From Candidatus Latescibacterota bacterium (GTDB taxonomy: Bacteria > Latescibacterota > UBA2968 > UBA8231), in assembly GCA_964291625.2 (NCBI GenBank), contig OZ220089.1, positions 3,584,001-3,648,000 of the forward strand: DNA of 64,000 bases, in the 5' to 3' direction. Shown here in pieces: positions 1 to 10,000 of this stretch. How positions within the stretch are numbered: position 1 is the stretch's first letter; each line of letters starts with the position of its first letter. The notes below the pieces were generated by a model. The model worked only from the letters and a program-made list of their open reading frames with translations, did no database searches and was not told where the DNA came from. The translations under genes were made by a program, and so were the position numbers.

Positions 1-381
1 TTCACCCTCAGCTTCAGCTGGTGGGACGCCGTCGAGGCCGAGATGCGGGAGTGGAGCGCCACCGACGAGCTGGTTGGTCACGGCGGCGAGTGGGAGACGG
101 CGGTGCAGCTGCACCTGCGGGCCCACATGGTCGACATGAGCCGCGCCGCCGCCGACAACTCCCTGACGGCCCCCTTCGAGGAGCTGCCCTTCGCCGTCTT
201 CGCCGAGCGCCGCCGCGACACCGCCGGGGGCACCGGCATCATGGGCGACGCCCTGGCCGCCTCGGCGGAGAAGGGCCGGCGGATCTACGAGCTGGCCTGC
301 GAGCGGCTGGAGGCGCTGGCCCGCCGCTACCACGAGCTGCCGGTCCGCCACTACCGCGACTTCGGCAGCTTCTGCCGCTAG
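1..381 (+). CDS. Creatininase/creatinine amidohydrolase family protein (5'-truncated by window edge)
   Basis: Open frame from base 1; motif GHGGEWETAVQLHLRAHMVDM and C-terminal G.MGDA.AASAEKG typical of creatininase family. Confidence 0.8.
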   Translation, partial: FTLSFSWWDAVEAEMREWSATDELVGHGGEWETAVQLHLRAHMVDMSRAAADNSLTAPFEELPFAVFAERRRDTAGGTGIMGDALAASAEKGRRIYELACERLEALARRYHELPVRHYRDFGSFCR

Positions 382-1712
382 GCGCTCCGAGCGCCCGCCC
401 CCCCGGGCTCCCCGCGCCGGAACAGGACACCGAGCAGCACCCAGAAGGCCCCCGCCGTGGCGGGCAGGTGCAGCGGGTAGCTCACCAGCCCGTGGACCAT
501 GACCGCGGCGCATCCGCCGAGGGCCGCCCAGGTCACCGGATCCCCCGAGCGCCAGGCGGGTCCGAGGGCGCCCAGGCCGCCCGCGGCGAGCAGGACGACC
601 AGCGGCAGCAGGCCCGCCAGGCCCGACTCGGCGGCCGTCTGCAGCAGCTCGTTGTGGGCGTGGCGGGGCAGGCCCCCCCTCACCGTGGCCAGCAGCCGCG
701 TCTCGGCCTCGTCCGCCAGGGCGCCCGCCGTCCGGAACTGCCCGGGTCCGGCGCCGAGCCAGGGGTCGGCGGCGAACATGCGCCAGGCGAGGCTCCGGAG
801 CACCCGCCGGTGCACCAGGGTGGCGTCCCGGTCGGCCTCATCCCCGGCCACGTTCAGCATCGCCTGCAGCCGCTGGCCGACCGAGGTCTCTCCCAGGCGG
901 TTGCTCATGACCGGCTCGTGGCGGAGCAGCAGCGCCAGCCCCGCCGCGCCGAGCAGCAGCGGCAGCCATCCCAGGGGCCGCGCCCGGAGCCGGCGCAGCC
1001 GCGCGCCACGGACGTAGCCGGCGAAGACCACGGTGGTCCCCGCCAGACAGCCGGCCAGCGCCCCGCGGCTGCCCGCCAGCAGCAGGATCCCGAGGATCAG
1101 CAGGACCGCCAGCCCCAGGCCCAGGGCCGGCCGCCAGCGGACCCCGCCCGGGGAGCTGCCCGCGCCAAGGCCGGCGGTCAGCAGCAGCGGCAGGGCCGCG
1201 GCCAGGAAGCCGGCGAGGTGGTTGGGGTTGGCGAAGGGCCCCACCACGCGGTCGGGAAAGAAGTCGGCCCGGGGGACCGGGTCCCAACCGGCGTGCTGGG
1301 CGGCGGCGTGCAGGGAGGCCGCCACGGCGCCGGCGCCGATGCCGGCCATGGCGACCGCGGCGTCGGGCCCGCGCCGGAGCTGCCAGCCCACGAAGAGGGC
1401 CGCCGTCCCCAGCAGGGGGGGCAGCAGGGAGGCCGGCTCGGAGGATCCGCCCAGGGCGAAGCTGATCACCAGGCCGGAGAGCCAGGCGGCGGCGGGCCAC
1501 AGCAGGCGGCGCGGAGGCCGTTCCGGGCAGCGGCGGAGCAGCCCCGCTGCGAGGAGGACCGCCGTCGCCGTCAACCCGGCGGCCAGGGGTCCGCGGGAGC
1601 CTGCCGCGGGGGGCAGGAGGGCGACGATTGCCAGGCAGAACGCGGCCCAGCGGGCGAGGCCGGAGGCCTGTCTCCATCGTTGACGGAGAGAGGCATGTTC
1701 CCTAGCTTCCAA
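378..1712 (-). CDS. O-antigen ligase (Wzy_C) family membrane protein
   Basis: Many TM segments; GPFANPNHLAGFL, AGSRGA, PWLGAGPGQF, HAHNELLQ motifs; start uncertain. Confidence 0.8.
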   Translation of the reverse strand: MEAREHASLRQRWRQASGLARWAAFCLAIVALLPPAAGSRGPLAAGLTATAVLLAAGLLRRCPERPPRRLLWPAAAWLSGLVISFALGGSSEPASLLPPLLGTAALFVGWQLRRGPDAAVAMAGIGAGAVAASLHAAAQHAGWDPVPRADFFPDRVVGPFANPNHLAGFLAAALPLLLTAGLGAGSSPGGVRWRPALGLGLAVLLILGILLLAGSRGALAGCLAGTTVVFAGYVRGARLRRLRARPLGWLPLLLGAAGLALLLRHEPVMSNRLGETSVGQRLQAMLNVAGDEADRDATLVHRRVLRSLAWRMFAADPWLGAGPGQFRTAGALADEAETRLLATVRGGLPRHAHNELLQTAAESGLAGLLPLVVLLAAGGLGALGPAWRSGDPVTWAALGGCAAVMVHGLVSYPLHLPATAGAFWVLLGVLFRRGEPGGAGARSA

Positions 1713-1776
1713 AGCTCACCTGCCGCATCGGCCCTCCCGCCGGCGGCCCCTCCACGCCGCACAGGAGCCAAGCGCC

Positions 1777-1998
1777 ATCGCCCGGGTCAATCGCAAAGAG
1801 TTCACGGCCAAGCTTAAGCCCGAAGAGATCGACTACAAGCGGCTCGACGTGCTGTCCCGCTTCCTCACTCCCTTCGGCAAGATCGAGCCGGCCCGCCGTA
1901 CCGGCGCCACCCGCTCCCAGCAGACCAGGATCGTGCGCGCCATCAAGCGGGCCCGCTATCTCGGGCTGCTGCCCTACAGCATCAACGATACGCGTTAG
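1777..1998 (+). CDS. rpsR: 30S ribosomal protein S18 (Cys-free type), apparent ATC start; missed by ORF track
   Basis: Translation (I)ARVNRKEFTAKLKPEEIDYKRLDVLSRFLTPFGKIEPARRTGATRSQQTRIVRAIKRARYLGLLPY; AGGAG at 1763-1767, 9 nt before ATC; no in-frame ATG/GTG/TTG after the TGA at 1681. Confidence 0.9.
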   Translation: MARVNRKEFTAKLKPEEIDYKRLDVLSRFLTPFGKIEPARRTGATRSQQTRIVRAIKRARYLGLLPYSINDTR

Positions 1999-2013
1999 CC
2001 CCTCTTTTCACCC

Positions 2014-2493
2014 GTGCCCGGGTCCGCTATCGGACTGATCGAGACCCGCGGCCTGGTCGGCGTCATCGAAGCCGCCGATACCGCGGCCAAGGCGGCCGAT
2101 GTCCGCCTGCTCGGGTTCGAACGCATCGGCGGCGGTTTCGTTTCCCTCAGCTTCCGGGGCGACACGGCGTCGGTGACCACCGCCGTCGAGGCCGCCCGCG
2201 CCGCGGCCGACCGTGTCGGTGAGGTCGTCAGCGCCCACGTCATCCCGTCGCCGCGGATCGACGTGGAGTCCCTGGCCCCGAGGGCCCCGGCCCCCCGGCC
2301 CGAAGGGGACGCGCCGGAGCCGGCGGAGCTTCCCCAGGATCTCGACGCGGTGCCGGTCAGCCGGCTGCGGCGGCTGGCCCGCCAGACCGCCGGTGTCGGC
2401 CTGAAGGGCCGGCAGGTATCGCGCGCCAACAAGGAGCAGCTGATCGAGGCGTTGCGCCAGGCCCTCGGCGCCCCCGGATCGGCGGGAGAGTGA
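2014..2493 (+). CDS. Bacterial microcompartment hexamer (BMC-H) shell protein with Pro-rich linker and C-terminal small helical (Rho-N/SAP-like) domain
   Basis: AIGLIETRGLVGVIEAADTAAKAADV...G.V...GD...V..AVEAA...VSAHVIP.P BMC signature. Confidence 0.88.
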   Translation: MPGSAIGLIETRGLVGVIEAADTAAKAADVRLLGFERIGGGFVSLSFRGDTASVTTAVEAARAAADRVGEVVSAHVIPSPRIDVESLAPRAPAPRPEGDAPEPAELPQDLDAVPVSRLRRLARQTAGVGLKGRQVSRANKEQLIEALRQALGAPGSAGE

Positions 2494-2867
2494 GCATGGA
2501 CAGGACGTGGGATTCCATCAAGCGCGGGTTCCAGGGCGGCGCCGCCGCCGCCGCCAACAAGGCCGGCAAGCTGACCCGCATCGGGCGGGCGCGGCTCGAC
2601 GTGGCCGCCGCACGGACGCGCCTGTCGCGCCTCTACACCGAGCTGGGGCAGAAGGTCTTCCGGCTTCTGGAGGAGGGCCGGGGCGCGGAGCTGAGCAGCG
2701 AGCACGGGGTCCGCGAGCTGCGCCAGCGCATCCGCGAGGCCGCGGCGGCGCAGCGCGACGCCGAGGCCGCGTACGAGCGCGTGCGCCGCGGCGAGCAGGA
2801 GGCCGAGGAAACCCCGCCGCCGGACGAAGGCCCGGAGGCGCCCGAGTCTCCCTCCAGGGCGGAGTAG
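2490..2867 (+). CDS. Hypothetical coiled-coil protein
   Basis: GTGA overlap with BMC gene (alternative ATG at 2496); helical RLSRLYTELGQKVF pattern. Confidence 0.65.
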   Translation: MSMDRTWDSIKRGFQGGAAAAANKAGKLTRIGRARLDVAAARTRLSRLYTELGQKVFRLLEEGRGAELSSEHGVRELRQRIREAAAAQRDAEAAYERVRRGEQEAEETPPPDEGPEAPESPSRAE

Positions 2868-3145
2868 CCGCGCCGGCCTCGCCGGCCGGTCCGGTCCCGC
2901 GGATTCAGCCTTCGGATCCCCCCCCGCCCGTGAGCAAGTGCCGGCGGGGACCACCCGACCCTCGCCGCCGCGCAAGTCCCCTTCGGGCCCGCCACAGCGC
3001 CCGCCGGAGCCGGCCGGGGGCTGGCTCCGGAGCCAGACTCGGCCCCCCTCGGGCGGGCTCAGCCGCGGACCCACCCCTTGTCGTCCCGGTTCCCGGCGCG
3101 CCCGCCGCACCGTGCCCAGGCGGGCGGCTCACGGCTGACCGGCGG

Positions 3146-4123
3146 TCAGCGGCCCAGCTCGCGGAAGAAGCGCACCGCGTTCCCCCAGAAGTGGTCCTCG
3201 ATCTCGGACCGCGTCAGCCCCAGCATCTCCGCCACCTGCCGCTCCTGGCGCAACTGCTCGTAGATCACCCACGTGGCCTCCGGATCGCAGTGGGGCAGGG
3301 CGGGGTCTCCGCCGTGGAAGTGCCAGGCGCCGGCGTAGGTGATGTACTTCCCGCGGCCGCATCCGGCGACGACGTTGTCGGAGCCGTACATCACCCGGCG
3401 GCGGTCCTCGTGCTTCATCAGCAGGTAGTGGGCGTACACGTCGTTCACCGCCGAGGTGTCGTACCAGATCCCCGGCAGCCCCTTGAGGAAATGGATCGCC
3501 TCCTCCAGGAAGACGGCGTTGAAGCCGCGGGCGCAGTGGGCGAGGATCCAGCGGACGCCGGGGTAGACGCGGGTGTAGCGCTCGAGGTCGGCCAGGTTCT
3601 CGAAGTCGGCGGGCCCGGCCCGCTTCGACAGGTGCATGGTCACCGCCAGGCGCCGCTGGTGGGCCACCTCGATGAGCGGCTCGGGCAGGAAGTCCCGGAT
3701 CGGCGCCTCCGCCGGGTCGGGGGCGAAGGTCCGGTAGGGCTTGAGGCCGACGAAGCCGTGGCGCTCCACCATGGCGTCCACGTACTCGGGGCTCATGGCG
3801 GGGGTGACCATCATGTTGACGCCCGAGCGCGGGTCGGCGGCCATCTCGGCCGCCATCCACTCGTTGTGCCCGTGGGCGTCCATGCCGACGATCGGCGTGG
3901 CCAGCACGAGGTAGTGGATCTCCCGCCCCGGGTACAGGGCCTCGGCCCAGGCCAGGTGGTCCCGGTAGTCGATCTCCCGCCGCAGACCGCTCATCTCCGA
4001 GTCGCCGGCGTGGGCCTCCGACCACATGTGCACGTGCATGTCGTAGAGCCGCCCCGGGACGTAGTCCTCCAGCTCCCCCTCCCAGATCCGGCGGTCGATG
4101 TCGCGGTGGTCGATGACGGTCAT
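3146..4123 (-). CDS. Amidohydrolase_2 family metal-dependent hydrolase
   Basis: DMHVH, GFVGLKPY, ILAHC, YDTSA, YGSD motifs; ATG at 4123 after AGGAG. Confidence 0.85.
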   Translation of the reverse strand: MTVIDHRDIDRRIWEGELEDYVPGRLYDMHVHMWSEAHAGDSEMSGLRREIDYRDHLAWAEALYPGREIHYLVLATPIVGMDAHGHNEWMAAEMAADPRSGVNMMVTPAMSPEYVDAMVERHGFVGLKPYRTFAPDPAEAPIRDFLPEPLIEVAHQRRLAVTMHLSKRAGPADFENLADLERYTRVYPGVRWILAHCARGFNAVFLEEAIHFLKGLPGIWYDTSAVNDVYAHYLLMKHEDRRRVMYGSDNVVAGCGRGKYITYAGAWHFHGGDPALPHCDPEATWVIYEQLRQERQVAEMLGLTRSEIEDHFWGNAVRFFRELGR

Positions 4124-4195
4124 TCGATTCCTCTCCTGGTGAGCGACGTAGTTTAGGGGCCGAACCGCCGCAAACCCAACCCGGGAGTTCCGCCC

Positions 4196-5083
4196 ATGCA
4201 TCACCGCCTCGGCCGCGACCGCATCGCCTACCGCTTCGACAAGGCCCTGGAGCCGGTCCTCGAGATCGACCCCGGCGACCGCGTCACCTTCGAGACCTTC
4301 GACGCCCGCACCGGCACCATCCGCTCCGACGAGGACCTCCTCGACCGGCCCCACCCGGCGGGCGCGAACCCGGCCACCGGCCCGGTCCTCGTGCGCGGCG
4401 CCGAGCCCGGGGACGGCCTGTGCGTCGAGATCGAGAGCATCGACCTGGCCGATGCCGGCTTCCTGGCGGTGAAGAAGGGGGAGGGGCTGCTGGCCGAGCG
4501 CGCCGGCCGCTACGCCACCCGCATCGTCCCCGTCTCGGACGGCGTGGCCCGCTTCGGCGATCTGCGCTTCCCGGTCCATCCGATGGTCGGCGTCGTCGGC
4601 ACGGCGCCGGCGGGGGAGCCGGTGTCGACCAGCTTCGCCGGACCCCACGGCGGCAACATGGACAACAAGCACGTCGGCCCCGGGGCACGGGTGCACCTGC
4701 CCGTGGCCGTTCCCGGCGCCCTCCTCGGCCTCGGGGACGTGCACGCCGCCATGGGCGACGGCGAGATCACCTTCATCGGCCTGGAGATCTGCGCCGAGGT
4801 CACGGTGCGGGTAGACCTGGTGAAGGGGGCGGAGACGAAGCGGCCCCTGGTGGAGACCGCCGACCACTGGATCACCACCGGGGAGGGCGACAGCCTGGCC
4901 GCCGCGGCAAGGCTCGCGGCCGGGGAGATGGTGGATCTCATGCAGCAGCGGCTCGGTCTCGGCTTCGAGGACGCCTACATGCTCTCCAGCGCCGTGGTGG
5001 ACGTGCAGATCTGCCAGTGCTGCGAGCCGGGGGCCTTCCCGGTGACGACGCGGGCGGTGGTGTCGAAGGAGGTCGTGCCCTGA
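4196..5083 (+). CDS. Acetamidase/formamidase family protein
   Basis: NPATGPV.V.GAEPGD, GPHGGNMDNK, GDVHAAMGDGE motifs. Confidence 0.9.
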   Translation: MHHRLGRDRIAYRFDKALEPVLEIDPGDRVTFETFDARTGTIRSDEDLLDRPHPAGANPATGPVLVRGAEPGDGLCVEIESIDLADAGFLAVKKGEGLLAERAGRYATRIVPVSDGVARFGDLRFPVHPMVGVVGTAPAGEPVSTSFAGPHGGNMDNKHVGPGARVHLPVAVPGALLGLGDVHAAMGDGEITFIGLEICAEVTVRVDLVKGAETKRPLVETADHWITTGEGDSLAAAARLAAGEMVDLMQQRLGLGFEDAYMLSSAVVDVQICQCCEPGAFPVTTRAVVSKEVVP

Positions 5084-5090
5084 GCGCGGC

Positions 5091-5840
5091 TTAGCGGGTG
5101 AAGACGGTGCCGCGCACGTACTCGCCGTCGTCGGAGGCCAGGAAGGCCAGCACTCTGGCGACGCCAGCCGGATCCCCCAGGGAGCGCCGCGCCGCGGCCA
5201 CGGCGGCCTCGGGGTCATCCCCCCGGGCCTCGGCGCCCTGGGCGATGTTGAGCAGCTTCAGGGGCGTGGCGATGCCGCCGGGGCAGATCACGTGGACGCG
5301 GGTGCCGTCCGGCCCCAGGTCGCTCTCGAAGTTGTACTGCATGCCGTGCATGCCCGCCTTGCTGGCGGCGTAGGCGTAGGAGGAGGAGGCGCCGCGCACG
5401 CCGGCGCCGGAGGAGACCAGGAGCAGCACCGAACGTCCCGCGGCCCTCAGCAGGGGGGCGGCGGAACGGACCGTCAGGTAGGTGCCCTTGAGGTTGGTGT
5501 CGATGGTGGCGTCCCACTCCTCCTCGGGCAGATCGGAGATGCTCCGGTAGGCGCCGTCGAGCACGCCGGCGCTGCACAGGAGCACGTCGACGCGGCCGTG
5601 GCGGGCGCCGATCTCGCCGAAGACGCCGGCCGCCTGCTCGTGGGAGCGCACGTCGAGGGGGTGGAACTCGGCCCGCCCCCCGGCGGCGTCGACCCGTTGC
5701 ACGGTGGCCCGGCCCTCCGACTCGTTGTGGTCGAGGATCACGCTCAGCGCGCCCTCGGCGGCGAAGCGCTCGGCGGCGGCGCCCCCGATGCCCGTGGCCC
5801 CCCCGGTAACCACGGCGACGCGGCCCTCCAGCCTACCCAT
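5091..5840 (-). CDS. SDR family oxidoreductase
   Basis: TGGATGIG, YAASK, V..ICPGGIAT. Confidence 0.9.
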   Translation of the reverse strand: MGRLEGRVAVVTGGATGIGGAAAERFAAEGALSVILDHNESEGRATVQRVDAAGGRAEFHPLDVRSHEQAAGVFGEIGARHGRVDVLLCSAGVLDGAYRSISDLPEEEWDATIDTNLKGTYLTVRSAAPLLRAAGRSVLLLVSSGAGVRGASSSYAYAASKAGMHGMQYNFESDLGPDGTRVHVICPGGIATPLKLLNIAQGAEARGDDPEAAVAAARRSLGDPAGVARVLAFLASDDGEYVRGTVFTR

Positions 5841-6429
5841 CGGCGCTCCCGGGAACCAGGCCCGGCAGGCCGCGGACGAAGGCTGCCACCGCCTCGCCGA
5901 GGAGCCGGCTGCCCTCGTCGGTGAAGTGGACGCCGTCGTCGCGCAGCAGCCGCCCCCGGCCGGCGGATTCGATCACGGCGAAGAGGTCGTTCACGGGCAC
6001 CCCCGCGGCCTCGGCGGCTTCGAGGGCGGCCTCGTTGTAGGCGTCGACGTCGGCCTCGAAGCGGTCGAAGCTCTTGTTGCGGTGGTGGAGGACCTCGTCC
6101 ACGGGGGTGATCGTGGCCCACACGGGGCGGATGCCGGCGGCCTGCACGCGCTCGAAGATGCGGGCCACGTTGCTCCCGTACTCCTCCAGCGGCACCCGCG
6201 CCAGGCCGGAGTCGAAGTCCTTCGCCAGGTCGTGGAGGCCGCAGTTGAGGTGGGCCACGACCGGGGGGCGGTCCAGCACCCACTCGTCGAGGTGCTCCAG
6301 CACCTTGCGGGAGGGCCCGCCGTTGGGCTCCGGCGAGCGGACGCGGATCCCCGGTTCCAGCTCGCGGCGCACCGTCTCCTGGTAACCCATGCGGATCGAG
6401 TCGCCGATGAGGGCGAGTTCCATGGTCAT
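5833..6429 (-). CDS. SGNH/GDSL hydrolase
   Basis: GDSI, NCGLHD, DGVHF blocks. Confidence 0.9.
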   Translation of the reverse strand: MTMELALIGDSIRMGYQETVRRELEPGIRVRSPEPNGGPSRKVLEHLDEWVLDRPPVVAHLNCGLHDLAKDFDSGLARVPLEEYGSNVARIFERVQAAGIRPVWATITPVDEVLHHRNKSFDRFEADVDAYNEAALEAAEAAGVPVNDLFAVIESAGRGRLLRDDGVHFTDEGSRLLGEAVAAFVRGLPGLVPGSADG

Positions 6430-6442
6430 GGTGAGCCCGCGC

Positions 6443-6913
6443 TCAGCGGCGCGGTTTCCACTCTTCGTGGTACTCCCACTGCACCACCAACTGCAGCGCC
6501 TCCAGCTCGCGGGTGCGCTCCTGCAGGGCGCTGCGGATGACGTCGCCGATGGAGAGGAGTCCGATGAACTCGCCGGCCCGATCGATGAGCAAGTGGCGCA
6601 GCCGCAGGCCGAGGAACTTGTCCATCAGCTCGTAGGCGTTGTCCGTGTGGGGGGCGAACTTCAGCCCCCGCGTCATGTAGTCGCCGATGCGGGCCGTCCC
6701 CGGGTCGAAGGAGGGATCGATGGTGTTGCGCATGAGGTCCCGCTCCGTGTAGATGCCCACCGGGCGGGTTCCCTCCGCCACCAGGGTGGACCCGACCTTG
6801 TTCTCCACCATGAGGCGCAGCGCCTCCAGAATGGTGGCGTCCTCTCCTACCGAGTAGAGCTCACCGCCCTTCTCCCGCAGGATCTGCTCGGCGGTCTTCA
6901 CGTCCTGGGCCAT
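6443..6913 (-). CDS. CBS-domain pair protein
   Basis: Tandem CBS motifs (VGIYTERDL, RHLLI...IGLLSIGDV); ATG at 6913. Confidence 0.88.
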   Translation of the reverse strand: MAQDVKTAEQILREKGGELYSVGEDATILEALRLMVENKVGSTLVAEGTRPVGIYTERDLMRNTIDPSFDPGTARIGDYMTRGLKFAPHTDNAYELMDKFLGLRLRHLLIDRAGEFIGLLSIGDVIRSALQERTRELEALQLVVQWEYHEEWKPRR

Positions 6914-7064
6914 GACAGGCTCCCTTCCGGCGCGGGTCGCGCCTGACGAGGGCGGGTCGGTGGAACGACCCGAAACCGCTGCAAGGACCGCTCCGGGGCC
7001 GGTCCGGCCCCGGGGGGCGCGCAAGATACGAACTGGGCGGGCCGGCTCCTACCGGGTGATTCCG

Positions 7065-10000
7065 TCAGACGTTGCGCAGCAGGATCAGGCTGTGGTGGTC
7101 GCGCCGCAGGTCGAACTGGGCGCCGAGGAGGTCGGCGAAGGGGCTGGAGGCGGCGGGTCCGCCGTCGATCGTCTCGATCTCCAGCTGGCGCACCGGCTGG
7201 CGGGCCCGGGTGAGGAGGTGATCGAGGGGCGCCAGGTACTCGGGGAGGCGCGGATCGTCGGGGGGGACGTGGAATACCAGCCGCCGGCCGTTTCGCCGGG
7301 ACTCCAGCACCAGCCGCGGCCCGTGGTAGACGAGATGGGTCCCCGCCACCCGGGGGGGCAGGGAGGATCGCAGGCCGTCCAGCCCGAGGCCGCAGGCGGA
7401 GGCCGGATCGGCCGCGGAGAGCCAGAACACGGCGTCCTCGGGCAGGCCTCGCGAGAGCAGGCGGAAGGCCCGGTGGCTGGCGAACTGCGGCCCCGGCACG
7501 CCCTCGAAGAAGTGGCCGGCCAGGATCTCGCCGGAGAGCTCCATGAGCCGCAGGGCGCGGAAGAGCCCCTTCCAGCGCAGGGCGGGCAGCTCCCGCTGCA
7601 GCAGCTCCCGGAAGAGGACGCCGTAGCGGTCGAGGAGGAGGCGCACGCGGTCCTTGTTGCGCTCCTCCTTCTCCAGCGGGTCCCCCGGCGGCGCCGGTTG
7701 CGGCAGCGGCTGCCAGCTTCCGGGGTAGACGGTGGACCCCCGCCAGCGCCCGGCGGCCCGGCGGGAGAGGCGGGCCCCGCGGGGACCCCGGTGGAGTCCG
7801 CCGGCGGGCCGGGAGCCCTCCGGGGCGGCGGGCGCCTCGGGCGGCTGGAAGCCGGTGTCCAGGCCGCGGCGCACGGCGGCGAAGGAGTCGTTGCCGACGC
7901 GGCCGGACCAGGCGCCCTGCCACAGGGCCGCGGCCAGGGCGGGAGCGTCGAGGCCGGCCAGCTCCTGGAGGGTGGAGAAGTCGTAGCGGCCGTGGGGGTC
8001 GGGGAAGAGGGAGGCGGCGCCGTTCCCGGAGCCGTCCGGCTCCTCCTCCTCGGCGGCGGGTCCGGCGAGCAGGTCGAGGTCGTGCTCGAAGCAGAAGGTC
8101 AGGCGCTCGCGGCCGCAGCCGACCCAGCGCAGCCCGCTCTCCTGCAGGACCCCGTCGAGGAGCGGCGTCTGGTAGGAGCGCATGCGCGCCGGCAGGATCT
8201 CGGTCTCCCACAGGCCGGCGGGGGCGCCGCAGCCGAGGAGGGGCTCGAGGCGGCGGCGCAACGCCTCGGGCGTGTCCCCCGGCTCGTGGAGGCCGTGGAA
8301 GACGGCCAGGAACAGGGGCAGCTGGTCCACCGGCAGGGCCTGGAAGGCCGGCGTCGCGTCGGCCCGGGCCATGCGCAGCAGGGACTCCAGGTTCTCCGCC
8401 TCGCAGACCTGGTCCTCGCCCTCGCCCTCGACCAGCGCCCCAATGACCACCGCCTGCTCGCCGGCCAGATCGTCGAGAACGGACGCCAGCAGCGGGTCCC
8501 CGAGGCCGAGGCTCCCCGCCAACTGGCCGCGGTCCACGGGGCCGTAGTACGACAGCCAGGAGGCCACGGCGGCCTCGAGGGGAGGCTCGTCCCGCGCTCC
8601 GGTGCCGTCCCCGGCGGTGCCGATTGCCGAAGCCGGGTCCTCCCGGGCTTCGTCCTCGGGCCCGACGCCGCCGCCGGCTTCATTCAGGCCCGGCTCCTCC
8701 CGTACAACCTCCGCGTCCGCAGCGGCTCGGGCGGCGACCTCCCGGCTCGGCACCTCCGGCCCCTCTTCCGCGTTCCCGCCGCCGCCGGCCTCGATCTCCA
8801 GGCCCGTGGCCCCGGGCCCCTCCTCTGCGTCCCCGCGAGCGCGGCCGTTCCCGGGCTCCACGCCCGGCCCCTCCTCCGCGTGCCCGCGAGCGCCGCCGTT
8901 CCCGGGCTCCACGCCCGGCTCCTCCCGCCCCTCCTCCGCGTCCGCAGCGGCTCGGGTGGCGACCTCCGGGCTCGGCACCTCCGGTCCTTCTGGCGCGTCC
9001 CCGCCGAGGCCCGGGGCGGCCTTGACCTCCACGGTCGCGCCGTCCAGCGTCCTCACCCGCGCCTCCGGCCACCAGGGGAATACGGCCAGCCGCTCCAGGG
9101 CCTGGCGCGCAACGGCCACCGGACCGGCCAGGGCCTCGGCCTCGATGCGCACGATCCGCCCCCGCCAGGCGCCCTCCTCGATCCATCCCTCCTCCCCGGC
9201 CTCGGCCGAGTCCCGCGCCGCGGCGGCGAGCAGGGCCTCCCACTCCTTCCACGGGACCAGCAGCCGCTCGTCCACCCAGTCGACCAGCTCGCGCGACTCG
9301 GACGGGGCGTACCCCGGGTGCAGGCGCTGGCGCTTCTCCTCGAAGCGCCGCACCACGTGGGCCGGGAGGGTGGGCCGCAGGTCGGGGGTGAAGACGACCT
9401 CGCGCAGCAGGTCGGAGCGCAGCTCGGAGGTCTGGCGGCCGGCGGCGGCGTCGCCGGCGTACATGTACTCGTTGACCTGTCCCCAGGCGACGGAGCGGGA
9501 GAACGGGCTCGGGCGGCTGGTGCGGCACTCCGACCACTCGATGGCGCCGGACTCCAGCTCGGAGAGGACGAGGCGCAGGGCGGGCAGGTCGAAGCCGTCC
9601 TGGAGGCAGGTGCGCCAGGCCTCGACGAGGATGGGGAAGTCCTCGTAGCGCATGACCGTGTCGAGGAGCCGCTGCGAGCGCAGACGGCTGAGCCACAGGG
9701 GCATGCGCTCGGTCAGACTGCGCCGGGTCAGGAGCAGGGAGCGCTGGGCGCACTCGCGGAAGCGGGCCCCGAAGTAGCCGGAGGCCTCGAGCCGCTGGCG
9801 CAGCAGCTCCTCGACGCGGCCCGAGGTGACCAGGCTGAGGATCTCCTCGGAGCCGGTCTCGGCGGGCAGGACGAGGACGATGCAGTCGTTGGAGGGATAG
9901 ACCTCGATGCGGCCGCCGAAGCGCTCCTCCCAGGCGGCGTCGAGGGCCATGGAGAAAGGCTGGTTGACGCACCCGCCCCAGAACGTGTGCAGCACCACCT

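Noticed and set aside
8600-9030. Intein in Lhr
   Set aside because: No Cys/Ser start, His-Asn end or LAGLIDADG blocks; low-complexity repeats only
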